Origin: Rhizodiscina lignyota | Lineage: Eukaryota | DNA: 64,000 nt | Direction of reading: 5' to 3' | Assembly: GCA_010015805.1 (NCBI GenBank) | Contig: ML978123.1 | Coordinates: 2,232,001 to 2,296,000, forward strand | Shown here: positions 1 to 11,401 of the stretch, piece by piece | Layout: every line of letters begins with the position of its first letter | Position numbering within the stretch: position 1 is the first letter of the stretch | Translations under genes and position numbers: made by a program | Notes under the pieces: generated by a model | Seen by the model: only the letters and a program-made list of their open reading frames with translations | What the model was told of the DNA's origin: nothing | The model's database searches: none

Positions 1-30
1 GCAATTAGAACATTAGAAGCGGAGAGAGGA

Positions 31-393
31 TGTAAGACCGATCCGTCATGATTTTGAGCTCAGCAAAAAGAGCTGGCGAGGTGCCGAAAGCCCAAAGCAC
101 CGAGTTCTTCTGAAGTGAAGCCGAAGATTCAATTGACGGCGTCTCGTCATGAATCTCCAGTGTTACAGACGCAATGCATTACGGAAGAGCTACATAGATA
201 CCTAGTCTCCAGCGAGCGAACAGTCTGCAGAGTCACTATTGTACAGCTCCGTTCCGTACTTCCAGAAAGTTTCCGCGTATTAATGAGTTTACATTCGAGC
301 TGATTAGGGAGTAGCTTACCAGGCTTGCCTTTAGAAGATTTACTTCTTATTCTCTTAGAAGAGAGACTACGTTGCGGATCTCATACGCTCACA
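31..393 (+). mobile_element. Probable 3' LTR of an LTR retrotransposon whose body lies left of the window
   Basis: A purine-rich tract AGAAGCGGAGAGAGGA (15-30) is followed immediately by TGTAAG. The segment ends ...CTCACA at 393, giving TG...CA ends with an imperfect 6-bp inverted repeat. No coding signal inside. The second LTR and the TSD are not visible. Confidence 0.5.
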
Positions 394-723
394 GGAAACT
401 AGCTCCTTCGTATGTCCTCACTTTGTCTTCCCTTCCTCAAGCTCGCAGACTTCTCTGCAGCAGACTCGACAGTCCATCCCCTCCTCAAGCGTCCGTCACA
501 GGTGCTTGTCGAGTCGCTCAGCTTTCGAGCATTCAACCTTGCCTTGCTCTTGATCCAACTTCTCAATTAGCTTAGGTAGCACGTCCAGTGCTTCGTCGCC
601 CAGAAGCATCTTCTCTCGATTCTTCACAGATAAAGTGCAATTTCACACTTGAATCGGTAAATGGGAACAGGTTTATGTATCCCTCCTTCGTGCTCCTTAT
701 AATGCGAATGAATTTGTAATGTT

Positions 724-1200
724 CTATGAGTTGCGCCCTTTGCTGGCCTTTTCCCAAATCTCCCGCTCAGTACGTTTCTCGTACCGCTCTACTGGTGCGT
801 GCTTCTTGGGGCTACCCTTCTGACTGATAGTCGTCTTCTCCACGCCCTTCTCCACGTCTATCTCCTCTCTCCACTTGCTAGCTTCTGGGTTCGCTGGGCT
901 GACTTCCAACGGATTAACGATGTTGCCCTTTCCGGCAGTCGCCATCTGCGATTCAGGCTTTGTATCCCCCGGATGGTATGAAGCAATTTTCTGCTCTGCG
1001 ACGACGTGATCACCACCCGTCTTTGAGTATTCGTCCTTCACCACATTAATTGTGTCCTTCTCCTCGTAAACTTTCGTGTCGGCGGGGTTTTGGTGGGATG
1101 ACGAGAATGAGCGACGTGAAACGGTGGCAATGTGACGTGAGGGATATGGTCGAGAAATTGAAGCAGCAAGGAATCTCCTTGAAGATGCCATATTGGACAT
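724..1200 (-). CDS. Conserved fungal hypothetical protein, probably mitochondrial
   Basis: 158-aa ATG ORF with an Arg/Ser-rich, acid-free N-terminus ending RRSFSSS (presequence-like). EYSKTGGD and PLEVSPAN motifs resemble a common Pezizomycotina hypothetical family. Confidence 0.7.
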   Translation of the reverse strand: MSNMASSRRFLAASISRPYPSRHIATVSRRSFSSSHQNPADTKVYEEKDTINVVKDEYSKTGGDHVVAEQKIASYHPGDTKPESQMATAGKGNIVNPLEVSPANPEASKWREEIDVEKGVEKTTISQKGSPKKHAPVERYEKRTEREIWEKASKGRNS

Positions 1201-1419
1201 ATCAATTGAGAAATTATGGGTTTCGCATCTATCTAGAGGTTAGTCAATCCACTGTGGAGCCCACTGAAGTCGAACTCACATATAGTATTTTGGTGAACAT
1301 CGGATCCTCAATTGAAGAATAGCTAGCTGCTATCTACGATAATGCGGGGAGGATTCCTTTATGTAAGGGATCAGACGGAGTGGACTCCAGGTCCACAGGG
1401 ATAGCTGCAGCTGAAGCTC

Positions 1420-1427
1420 TGACGTCA
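1420..1427. promoter_or_regulatory. CRE (ATF/CREB-type bZIP site) TGACGTCA in a divergent promoter
   Basis: Perfect palindrome between the divergent genes starting at 1200(-) and 1749(+). Confidence 0.35.
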
Positions 1428-1748
1428 TAACCCCTTAAAGCATCAAGAAGGGTCCGTTTCGAAGAACGCGAGGCACGCGTCGACTACTCAAACTGAACGA
1501 ATTAGTACGCAGGTGATACAGCATCAGTGACTAAAAAGACATGTCGGGTCCTAAGCAATTCCACACTGTGACATCAGTCTTGCGTACAGGTGCTACTCGA
1601 GTTTTCATCAGAGCGGCAACTACTTAACAGACAGCGGGTATTTGGATTATGACTTGAGAAGCTAACCACTTCCTTCATCAACCTCTCCAATTTACTTACA
1701 ACGAAAGACTCAGTTCACGATCCGGATTCTTTGCCCTTGGACAGCATC

Positions 1749-2222
1749 ATGGCAACATCGCTTCCTGCAAAGTGCCAGGCCGACTTCTGTATTGTTCCAG
1801 TAAGCCTAAAAACCCCATCAACCCCAGGACTATGACCGTACTATCTGCTTCAACTCCACGCTAACTCTGATCTCTAGGTTGGCACCGTATCGCCGTCAAC
1901 ATCCCCGCACCTTGACCGAGTCGAAATACTTTTGAAGCAGAGTGGTTTGGAATACTCCATGCACCAAAGTGGCACTAGAATCGGTTCGTCAGACTGCTGG
2001 CTTTGCATTTAGCATACAGCTAACGCGTCTGACACAAGAGGGTGACTGGTTGGAGGTGATGAACCTCATTGGCAAAGCGCATATGCTTCTCCACGATGAG
2101 AGCGTCCAGAAGGTCCATACCGACGTGCGAATTGAGACAAGGTAGAGCTTTGTTCTCGATGTTTCATACGGTACAGAGCAAGAGAAGAAGCTAATAGACG
2201 CCGCGATAGGACTGATAAATGA
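1749..2222 (+). CDS. ECM15: UPF0045/thiamine-binding-domain protein (ECM15-like), 4 exons
   Basis: Spliced product MATSLPAKCQADFCIVP|VGTVSPS...SGLEYSMHQSGTRI|EGDWLEVMNLIGKAHMLLH...VHTDVRIETR|TDK*. The ADFC.VP, EG.W..VM..IG.AH and RTDK motifs are typical. Three GT-AG introns. Confidence 0.8.
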
Positions 2223-3186
2223 ACGGGAACCCGAAGGGTATGACTATGTAAAACGCGAGCATATCCAAAATATCGACTGTGCTCAAGGTGAGTGGCAGTG
2301 ATGGAAAGTCACGACTATTTCTCGGAAAGGCTTGATGGTTTCGCAAGAGCAACGAAGGGCTGTAAGGTACGTCTTACTGATGGTGCATTGAGGCTTGATA
2401 TGGAATGCGTACTGCCATTCCAGAAGAATCTTTCGACCTTGAGCCAAGACATTGAATTGTAGAAACCGCAGCCTGAACAAGGAAATGACTCTTTGGTATT
2501 CAATAGGGTTCAATTTCTCCAAGCCATGGATTCACACCAACCAGCTTCCAATGCTTCATAAGCACATAGCCTTATTCCTTCCGGCTGAATAGAGCAGCAT
2601 GCCCCTCTCCATACAGTCTCCGAAGTTGTTCCTCGATTTTTCATCAACTCTTTCTCAAATCTAAAAGAACGGAAAAGCTTTTTGTCGTATTATTCGATTT
2701 TCGGGATTCTGAGCGCTCCAATGAAATTTGCCACGAATGAAGCTCCCCTGCTTGTCGCGTGCGGAGTTTAGGCGTCATCCCGCATCAAACATGCACGCGC
2801 TAGTGCCTTCCCCAGATTTCCAAACGTCCACTTCCTTCTTTCAACCTCACACGTCAATTCAACTTGACACAGTTGAAGCCGCCAATCCCGGAGACTAATT
2901 TTGTTGTCCATATCGTCCTGCTTTGACATAAACGGGGAAAATGGCGGTTCTCAAATGATAACACTGCGATTACTGCAGAAGCAAGGGATCCTTCTCCGAA
3001 CCACGCGAGAGCAATCTGCGCTAGGTTGACAAATATCCGGCTTGATCATTCCGATGTAACGGGAAGGTCTAATTGTGTGGAGAGATGCGGGGTGTTCTTT
3101 TGACTCCGTACAGACTAATATAAGGCTTGAACATGCGAAGCTCTTCTGGCCCGTGTCTCTGGATTGTAGCCGCACTGACAGTGATC

Positions 3187-5030
3187 ATGAGGTTCTTCTC
3201 ACTGTACTTGGTTGCACCCCTACTGGGGCTCGTCTGTTCCAGCAGCGACTTTCAGCAGAAATGTCTTTCTTTCCAGCCGGAGAAGACGATCTTCAATTCT
3301 ACAAGAGCAGCCCGCGAGTTTATTGCGGCCGGCACAAACCTGACTCTGGCTGGTAACGACCCGTCATGTGGGCGAGCCAGTCAGGTGATCCCAGCAGACA
3401 TATGTCGTATTGCTTTGCATATTCCCACGTCTAACAGGTCCAGCATTACGATGGAATTATGGTTGCCCGAAGACTGGAAAGACCGACGAGTGCTTACATC
3501 GGGCAACGGAGGCATTGATGGATGTGAGACACTTCAAAGAACTATCCAATTATGGTATCATTGCATATCATATGACTCTTGACTGACAACCGGTACTAGG
3601 CATCCAGTATGAGAACTTGGCATATGGTGTTCAGAATGGGTTCGTCTCGGCCGGCGCCAATAATGGTCATAATGGCACAGGAGGTCAACCATATTTGCAC
3701 AACCCTGATATCATTATTGACTTCTCCTGGCGTTCGTAAGTGATTGTACATACATCATGTTTCGTCCCCATATTGACTGCGGCCAGACTTCATACCGCAA
3801 TTTCGCAGGCAAAGCGGCTCTCGAGCATGTTCTATCGAGAATCGTACCACAAAGCTTATTACATCGGCTGCTCACTTGGCGGCCGGATGGGTATTGGAAG
3901 TGCTCAAAGGTTTCCTGCCGACTTCGACGGCATACTGGCAGGGAGCCCAGCAACAGACTTCAATCACCTCTATGCGTGGCGCGCCAGCTTCTATCCAATC
4001 ACCGGCAAGAATACGTCTGCGAATTTCATCGGCTCCGATCTTTGGGCAATAATTCACCAAGAAATCCTAAACCAATGCGACACGCTCGACCATGTGGAAG
4101 ATGGAATCATCGAAGATCCGAGTCTTTGCATCTTTCGTCCCGAGGCCCTGCTTTGTTCCAATGCGAAGAAGTCTAATTGCTTGAACCCAGCTCAGGTTGA
4201 CATTGTCAACAGGATATACAGCCCCCTTTATGGATCCGATGGGAAGCTGATATTCCCTGCGATGCAGCCTGGCAATGAGCTTGTTGCCAGGTCAGCTTTG
4301 TACAGTGGGACACCATGGCAACTTTCACAGGTATGTGGCCGCAAATCACTGCCTCTCGTTATTCGTGTTGGTCTGAAAACTGTTCTAATACGACAATGTG
4401 TTTTCCTCAGGACTGGTATAGATATGTCCTTCTGAATGATTCAACCTGGGACCAATTCACCTTCAACCTGGCAGACGCCATGCTCGCCGATGAGATAAAC
4501 CCGTCAGACATCAGGACTTGGCCATCCACTCTTGCTCCCTTCGCCGAGAGAGGCGGCAAAATCATCACCTACCATGGGCAGCAAGATAACCAGATCTCAT
4601 GCTTCAACTCCAACCGCTTTTACAACCACCTTTCCACCGGCATGTCTGCGAGCTCGCGCGATATGGACTCGTTCTATCGCTTCTTTAGGATCTCTGGTAT
4701 GTTCCATTGCAATACCGGCCCTGGGGCGTGGGTGTTTGGTCAGTCTGGGAATGCACCGTCAGCTGGGATTGGCTTCCATCCGAAAAGTAATGCTCTCGCA
4801 GCCCTAGTGGACTGGGTTGAGAATGGTAACGCTCCGATCACCATGGAAGGGACCAAGTTCGTCAATGACGATCCAAAGCAAGGAGTCATGTTCCGACGGA
4901 AGCACTGCAGGTGGGTTGATGAGCTGCAAATGGGGGAAAATCAATACTAACACTTCTCCACAGGTATCCGCTTAGGAATACATACAAGGGTGGAGACGCG
5001 TCTAACCCGTCGAATTGGGAATGTCGCTAG
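3187..5030 (+). CDS. Secreted tannase/feruloyl esterase (FaeB type), 5 exons
   Basis: Signal peptide MRFFSLYLVAPLLGLVCS. Motifs ELWLP..W, GNGGIDG, catalytic GCSLGG, DFDGILAGSPA, YHGQQD, GMFHC, LVDWVENG and C-terminal NWECR*. Confidence 0.92.
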
Positions 5031-5419
5031 TATACTCATATTAACGAATAAAGTTTCACAGCCGTTGAGCTTCAGTGTTAATTCACATCTCTGAACATGA
5101 TCACAGCATACACACTCCCTAAGGCTCACAGCGTATTCACCTGCGCAGTTTCTGACCAGCTTCGCGAGTGACAGAATACTTGACCGTCAGCTAAGTCGTA
5201 ACACTAAGGGGATTGCTCTTACATCTTATGGTGGTTGAGACTATCGCAGAAAAGTTAGTTGTACACTCTCCGGGGTGTAGTAACTTAATAGTAAACTGTT
5301 GAAGAACTTGTACGCTTTGTTATTCACCGAGGCTACATATGGATGCTGTTCAGTGTCTCGCGGCAGCTGTGCCCAACTTTTTTGTCATCCTCTTCCAGAA
5401 AACCCCGTGCTGGCCCGAC

Positions 5420-6262
5420 AGGCTTGTCTCAATGCTCTCTCACCACAACCTACATAGAGGCTGAGATCAAGTGCAAAACTTCTGTGCCGTCTCTCGTCTG
5501 CGACGGTCCCGCCTTGCCACTAATCTGCCGTCTGCTTTCACTCTAATCGACCCTTCTCCTAATGGTTGGGGCACATTCGCCTCCGCGTTTGTCAAAAATG
5601 TCGTAGGGCAACGCCTGTGCAAATTTACTCGTACGAGCCCGATAATGCATTCGGTGCGGCAATGTGGACTTCCGGCATTACAACGATACCGCCTATATCG
5701 AACGATGTGTATGCCGCAAGGCTCGGCCTACAGCTAAACACTTATTGGGGCTTGATAAATGGAATGTACGCAATTCCCGGCGGCATCAGCCCGACGACAG
5801 CTATCATGGCAGGCACCAACGTGTCCGACTACACTGGCGTTAACTCCGGCCTTTACTTCCTGGCGAATTCGTCAACCAGTGTCGGCACACAAACTACCAG
5901 CACCTCCGTCATCCAAGCCCATTACGGCTGGATCGTTGCCCTCTCAGTCTCCATCACCTCCATAGTCATGATCATCGCCACTCTCGTCCCGCCCATCATC
6001 CGCTACACCTGCACGCGCTCGCCAGACGTGATGCAATATCTCCAGTTTGGCGACTAGGGATAACAGGTACGTGCCGCTGCCGGCGAGCGGAACATATATG
6101 GCAGCATCCGAGCGCGCTAGGCTATTAAACAACTTACAGGTCCAAATTGGTGATGTCGAGGCTAGGGGTAAGGTTGGTAGATTGGGGATCACATTAACAA
6201 AGGAAGGCCTTAAAGAGAAGCCGCACCTGATGAAAGTGATGCAGAGGAGGCTATATAGATAA
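5420..6262 (+). pseudogene. Frameshifted C-terminal remnant of a fungal membrane protein of unknown function
   Basis: Protein-like segments run on in four successive frames: CSLTTTYIEAEIKC / CAVSRLRRSR / ARLGLQLNTYW...TM helix...SPDV / SSLATRDNRYV...ERARLL...GDV...VGRLGI. No splice signals explain the shifts and there is no N-terminal part. Confidence 0.7.
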
Positions 6263-6518
6263 AGAAAACGTCATTGTTAATCAGTGATAGAAAGTGCCAG
6301 TGGGCCGAGGACAAAGAAAGACGAGCATACGCCACTGCTTTTGTCAGACCATCTAATTTTCTTGTTTATTTGCCCTTGTTTGAACAAAGACCTCGATGAA
6401 CACCGCTCTTGCCGATAGCCTACTATATATAGAGAAATGCTCTGCTGGAGGTCCATCGAGTTTCAACTTTCAACTTAAGCAGACATTTTAAAGAGAAAAG
6501 ACAAGTACAGGTATTCCA

Positions 6519-7884
6519 ATGTATTTCAGCGAAAGAAGGCCACCTCCGGAGGAGAAAGACAAGGCGCCCGAGGAAATGAGGGCTTATATGAAGTTTGACC
6601 CCACCTGTAAGCTTCATCCTTTTGTTCACCCCTGCGGTATTCCAACGACGACAGCAGCCTTAGCTTACTCAAAGACGTAACGTAGATCACCCCGGTCTGA
6701 CCGAAGAAGATCTCCGCCATAAACTTTATAAAAAAACGATTAAAGACTATGGTAAGACAGGTAAGGAATGTATCCCGAAACAGCATCTCCATGATCGAGA
6801 TTATGAAGTGCTATGCCGCAATTGTGGGTGGAATGAGTACATAGACAACTCAGGCGGATATACATCTCGAGTCAAAGTCCATCACACCCGGTGGAATATG
6901 GCAATCTGGAGTATCGGCCCTAACTGGATGCTGCGGGACGAGCCAAATGACTGCACATTGGCCAACGACTGCGACGCCATGGAGTTTTTACACTCCCAGA
7001 ACACGACCATTCCGGTTCCGAAAATACAGAGGCTAAGTTCTCGGACGGAAACGTTTCAATTTACTCTCATGGCCCGTGCCCAGGGAGAGCCCCTCCACAA
7101 GGTCTGGGACTCATATACAAAGGAGGAACGACAATCGGTCGCAAAGCAGCTGGGCGGCTACATCCGGCAGTGGCGACAGTTTACGGCCCCAAGAGCCCAA
7201 AAAGTTAATGGCGAACGGCTTGATGATCTACTAATTGGCTCATGTAAAGGTCGGATTCCGTCATGTAAGAAAATCGGCTACACAACAGAGGAGTGGCTTG
7301 AGGACCTCACACCCGAGTTGCGACAGGGCCTAACCATACTGGCACGACTGGACAAGACGCTCGTACAAGAACCCCGGACGCTCGACCAACTCGTGCAAGA
7401 ATATAAGGATAAATTCCCAAAGGGTGGACCGTATGTCTTCACGCACGGAGACCTCAACCTCTCAAATATCATTGTATCAGAGGGTAAAATTACAGGTGTT
7501 ATCGACTGGGAGCGGGCAGGCTTCTACCCTTGGTGGGCCGAACGGATGTTTGCACACATGGTACAGGACGTTAGGTTCCATGAGATGTTTGATTTTATAC
7601 CGGATGACTTTTGCCCCGGCTACGACAGACCCGCCTTTATTGACAAGGTCAGTCGCCCTGTTGCCCGCCTCATACAGCTATTCGAAACATGTCCACGACT
7701 CCATCGAGGCGACGAGAATACTTGGGTTCGGCGCCCGTTCTGCGAATGCAGGCAATCCTCTGGCCGTATTTACCCACGCGATATGGGTGTGCCTCCAACG
7801 CATGAAATAGCAGACGCGGACCCAGAACTTACAAAAGAGGACTGGGAGGAGTTCTTTGCAGGGTATCCGAAAAAAGAAGGCTGA
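6519..7884 (+). CDS. APH/choline-kinase-like phosphotransferase (protein-kinase-like fold), 2 exons
   Basis: ATG at 6519; intron 6607-6685 (GTAAGC...GTAG) joins in frame to ORF 6808-7884. Motifs TTIPVPKI, Brenner motif FTHGDLNLSNIIV and IDWERAGFYP. Confidence 0.88.
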
Positions 7885-7914
7885 GAAAATCTCGACTACG
7901 GAGGAGGAGGAGAG

Positions 7915-8312
7915 CAGTGATCCCGTCACGCCAAATACCAAGCGGCTTGGTTTGATGGATGATATTTGATTATGTAATGGTTTGACTTGATTGGATTTAG
8001 CTCGATTGAGCTTGTTTGGGTCGTTTATCAAGCGGCTCAGGGCATTTTGTAGTAATATGTGTACCTATAATAATCAACCATTTTATCACGATAGATTATA
8101 TAATTAGCTAATAAGCTCTCTGTACTCGCCTCTTATATCTAAATAACCAGAGTATATAAATTCTTCTATAATTAAAAGACTGATTTACCACACGTATCAA
8201 GCGGCTTGATGATTGTTTGAAGCGTATGAGTCCTTATCAAATCAATCAATTCAAGCCAAGTTTCAAACAGACCAATCAAAGCTTGATAACGTTTGATTGG
8301 ATGGGAACATTG
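7915..8312. mobile_element. Non-autonomous hAT-type DNA transposon (MITE), 398 bp
   Basis: Perfect 8-bp TSD GAGGAGAG at 7907-7914 and 8313-8320. Termini CAGTGATCCCGTC versus reverse complement CAATGTTCCCATC (10/13). Subterminal CAAGCGGCT and ATCAA/TTGAT repeats and an AT-rich non-coding core. Confidence 0.88.
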
Positions 8313-8497
8313 GAGGAGAGAGACAGGCGCAGGGAATAATTTATGATCAATAAACCATCTGACAATTTATAGTCTATTCCCTAGATGGTACGACTGATCG
8401 GGCAGTTTGTCTGGTACGAAGAAGCTGGTTTCTGACGAGCGAGCGACTCTCAACACCGAATATCCCAGCCACGCCAGTTCACGTGATGAAATTGAAC

Positions 8498-8947
8498 CTA
8501 CGACGACCATCCAATGCGCCTAATGTGCTCTAGCCCCCTTTCCCTGTCTGAATTGCTGGTCGTGGGGGCTTCCTTTCCATCTCGAAAACATAACTTCATC
8601 GCACCTCCTGGCAGTCGCAGAAATAGCAGCTCTCTTGCCTCGTTCTCGGATCCGTTATCTGTAATGTACAAAGCAATTCGGTCAGAGCTTTTGGCTCTTT
8701 CCATATTCAAATCCCACGCGTCAAATGCGCACTGCTTTGACGCAGGTGGGTGATCACGATGGATGGAGAAGATGGTCCAGTTGATGTTGGTGTCGGCTTC
8801 AAGGTCCCAGGTTGGTAATGTGAGTCCACCACATTCTTTGCAGACTGTAGCCGTGGACATGTTGCTTGACTTGCAAAATAAGCAACTGTTGGATGCTAGG
8901 GGTTCAGGTAGAGGATTGACCGCGGCAGAAGAATGCTCGTCGAGCAT
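8498..8947 (-). CDS. Hypothetical protein with a CxxC-x10-CxxC zinc-ribbon-like motif
   Basis: 149-aa ATG ORF containing CLFC...CKECGG. TATATA about 100 bp upstream (around 9045-9050). Confidence 0.45.
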   Translation of the reverse strand: MLDEHSSAAVNPLPEPLASNSCLFCKSSNMSTATVCKECGGLTLPTWDLEADTNINWTIFSIHRDHPPASKQCAFDAWDLNMERAKSSDRIALYITDNGSENEARELLFLRLPGGAMKLCFRDGKEAPTTSNSDRERGLEHIRRIGWSS

Positions 8948-11401
8948 AGTGACGGAAATTTAAGAGAGGAATGGAAATCCGAAAGGGGGTGTAGATAGCT
9001 GGCTCAATTGGTGATTCCGGGAACTCAGTGCTCGCGCCACACAGTATATATTAGCGATCAAACTGGGCCAGCTTTTCACTGTCTGGCGCAGCGTTTCCTT
9101 TCGTTTAGACAAAGCCGGTTTGCTAGTACATGTCTAGAACAATAAACGGGAGAGAACAAAGGAACTAGTCTGGAAGGTATCATATGCTAGATCACACAGA
9201 AGTTTGCTAGACGTCTCACCTTTCAATGACGCCTTTGTCTTTGCGCGCTGAATCTAAGATATACGCAATACGATTCAATGTCGCCTCAGCCCTGTCGCAA
9301 GCGCTCACTTCGCGTTTGCTCGGCGTCTCTGCCGGCTTGTCCAGGAGCTTTGCGTTTGGAGATTGCATCGTGCTCGTGCTTCAAACGCGATCGATATGCT
9401 GTCCCTTTTGATTACCGCGATGAGTAGCGCTTGGAAGCTGCCAGTTGCCGCATTCGTTGCGATCAGAAGAGCACTGTGGGACCCGTTCGGAAGGGCTACT
9501 GCGCAGGGCGAGCTTAACATGAGCTTGGCTTGAAGAGCCTTCAGAAGTCGCACGTCAGTTGCTCGCGGGGACCGCGCGACACGAGGAGATGCAGCGATGG
9601 CACCGGCAAGACGGGCATTATGCTTTGTATCTCTGGGGAGTTGACAACAGTGATCCACTTCCTCTTCTATTCGTGTGCGACCGAGCGTGCAACGGCAGGC
9701 CCTGATAGCATCAAAACTCACTCCCGACTCTTTCACGAGTTGTCATAGCATAGCGACGGCGCTTGACTGACGCATTGCTAAGGCAGCAGCCTGCCACATG
9801 GCATCGACGGGCAGGTCTGATCGACCGGTAGAACACACCCTACTAAGAAATAAATGACTATATCATTCTGAGTAGCCGCTGCCGTTAATGGCACTGCTGC
9901 TGTTACCACCGTCCTCGTCGAGCCAGCCTCTTTGTCTCGATGGGGAGGCGTGGGGGCGGCGTAACATGCGCAGAGCGGTAGTTTTGGGAAGCCATAACCT
10001 CTTTAAAGAAAAAGACGACAGGAGTACCGAAAGGCAGAGCATTGTCTTGTATCAGAGCGTACTCAACGTGGTGTCGTGATTCTTGTCAAGCGATTTGACA
10101 ATCTGGACAACAAAGCTTGGGATAACGAGGAGCACACTTATCCATGCAAAACAGTAGGACGTGCTTCAGCACCGGAGGAACAACTCCCTCCGATGAAGTA
10201 ATTACCTACCTAGTACACAATCTGGGAATATCGCCCCCTAAGTAGTTAGCAATATATCACGTGACATCAATCACCAACGTAATACCATCACCCCCTCAGT
10301 ACGTACTCCTGCTTTTTCGCGCGTGCGCGAGGCTGAATTAAAAGTGCGGAATTTGCCGCCAGCCACAAGCCACGCGCCAGGACAAGCGAGAGCTAAACTT
10401 AAGCCAGACGTTCCGTCTCTTTTCCAGGACTATTAGTCTCCACCAAATCAAACTCTGAGCAGAGCCTCAGGGGAACAAACCCTCTGCACCATGAGGCTCC
10501 GCGGGACCGGTCTTGCGTCCATTCCTACTCGGCAAGGCAGACTGCAATTGCGACTCGCGATTTCCACCCGTTGGGAAGGTACATCCAGCAACAGGAGTCA
10601 TGATCAAGTCGTCTCGATCCCACAGTACTGCAGAGCAAACAGTGTTAACGTTCACATGGCTTATCAATGTTCATCGTCCCCGATCTCGCAACTGGCCTTT
10701 GTGTTACCATCCTCTTTTAGCCGGAGGGACAGACGGAGAATGCCTCCTACCAACAAATATTGGCCAGAACCCGTCAACCCGAAGAGACGACTCCTGAGTC
10801 CTGACCTATGCCCTCCCGTGCCGAAAAGTTGTCTCGTTAAAGGTCTTGGCTAACGGGTCAACGAAGCCGCCCGCGCTTCGTGCAACAACCAAGACTTGCC
10901 TTTTCAGCTCGGCGCGGGCTTTGCCAACTTTATTCAGGAACACTTGCAAAGCAAGACAACTCCACGCGCCCGTTTGCGCCCGAGTGGTCTGCAGCTAGGC
11001 CTAGATCTAACCGTTAAGTCGATGGCGTTGAGGCGTTGTATTGGAGACGGTGCCAGTGCGGAGGTAGGGGTCCGATAATTGGATAAGGGAGTGTTCAGCC
11101 TCAAGCCCCAAGATGCACACGATTCCGGAAATGACACTATTTGGGCGGCGGGCTGCATGCTGTGCATGATTCAGAAGAGGGTAAGATGGTGCCTGATTCC
11201 TAGTAGAGGGGGAAGATATAGAAAGAGCATTTTCATCCGCCACTCTTTCCTGTCACGGGTGCATCTTCTCTTCTCAGCCTTATCGGTGAAAAGACATCGT
11301 CCTACAATCTCGTCGTCCTTCGTTTCTCTTCTTTCTTCCACACACTCGCTTAATCTCTTTGCTATTCGTACCACATTGTCATTGACGAATCTACTGTCAC
11401 A

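Noticed and set aside
161..393. Alternative solo LTR starting TGTTACA at 161
   Set aside because: Flanks (TCCAG/GGAAA) give no TSD; the PPT supports a start at 31 instead.
2283..2760. Minus-strand reading frames with in-frame stops next to ECM15
   Set aside because: No recognisable family; cannot be told apart from random sequence by eye.
8375..8390. CTAG as a Helitron 3' end capturing the APH gene
   Set aside because: No subterminal hairpin, not followed by T, and no matching 5' TC end identified.
8985..9045. TAGCTGGCTCAATTGG resembling a tRNA A-box
   Set aside because: No TpsiC loop (GTTCRA) or acceptor-stem pairing follows.
9226..11400. Overlapping 60-143 aa ORFs on both strands
   Set aside because: Mostly non-ATG starts, Arg/Ser-rich composition, no splice-consistent model; treated as intergenic or promoter DNA.
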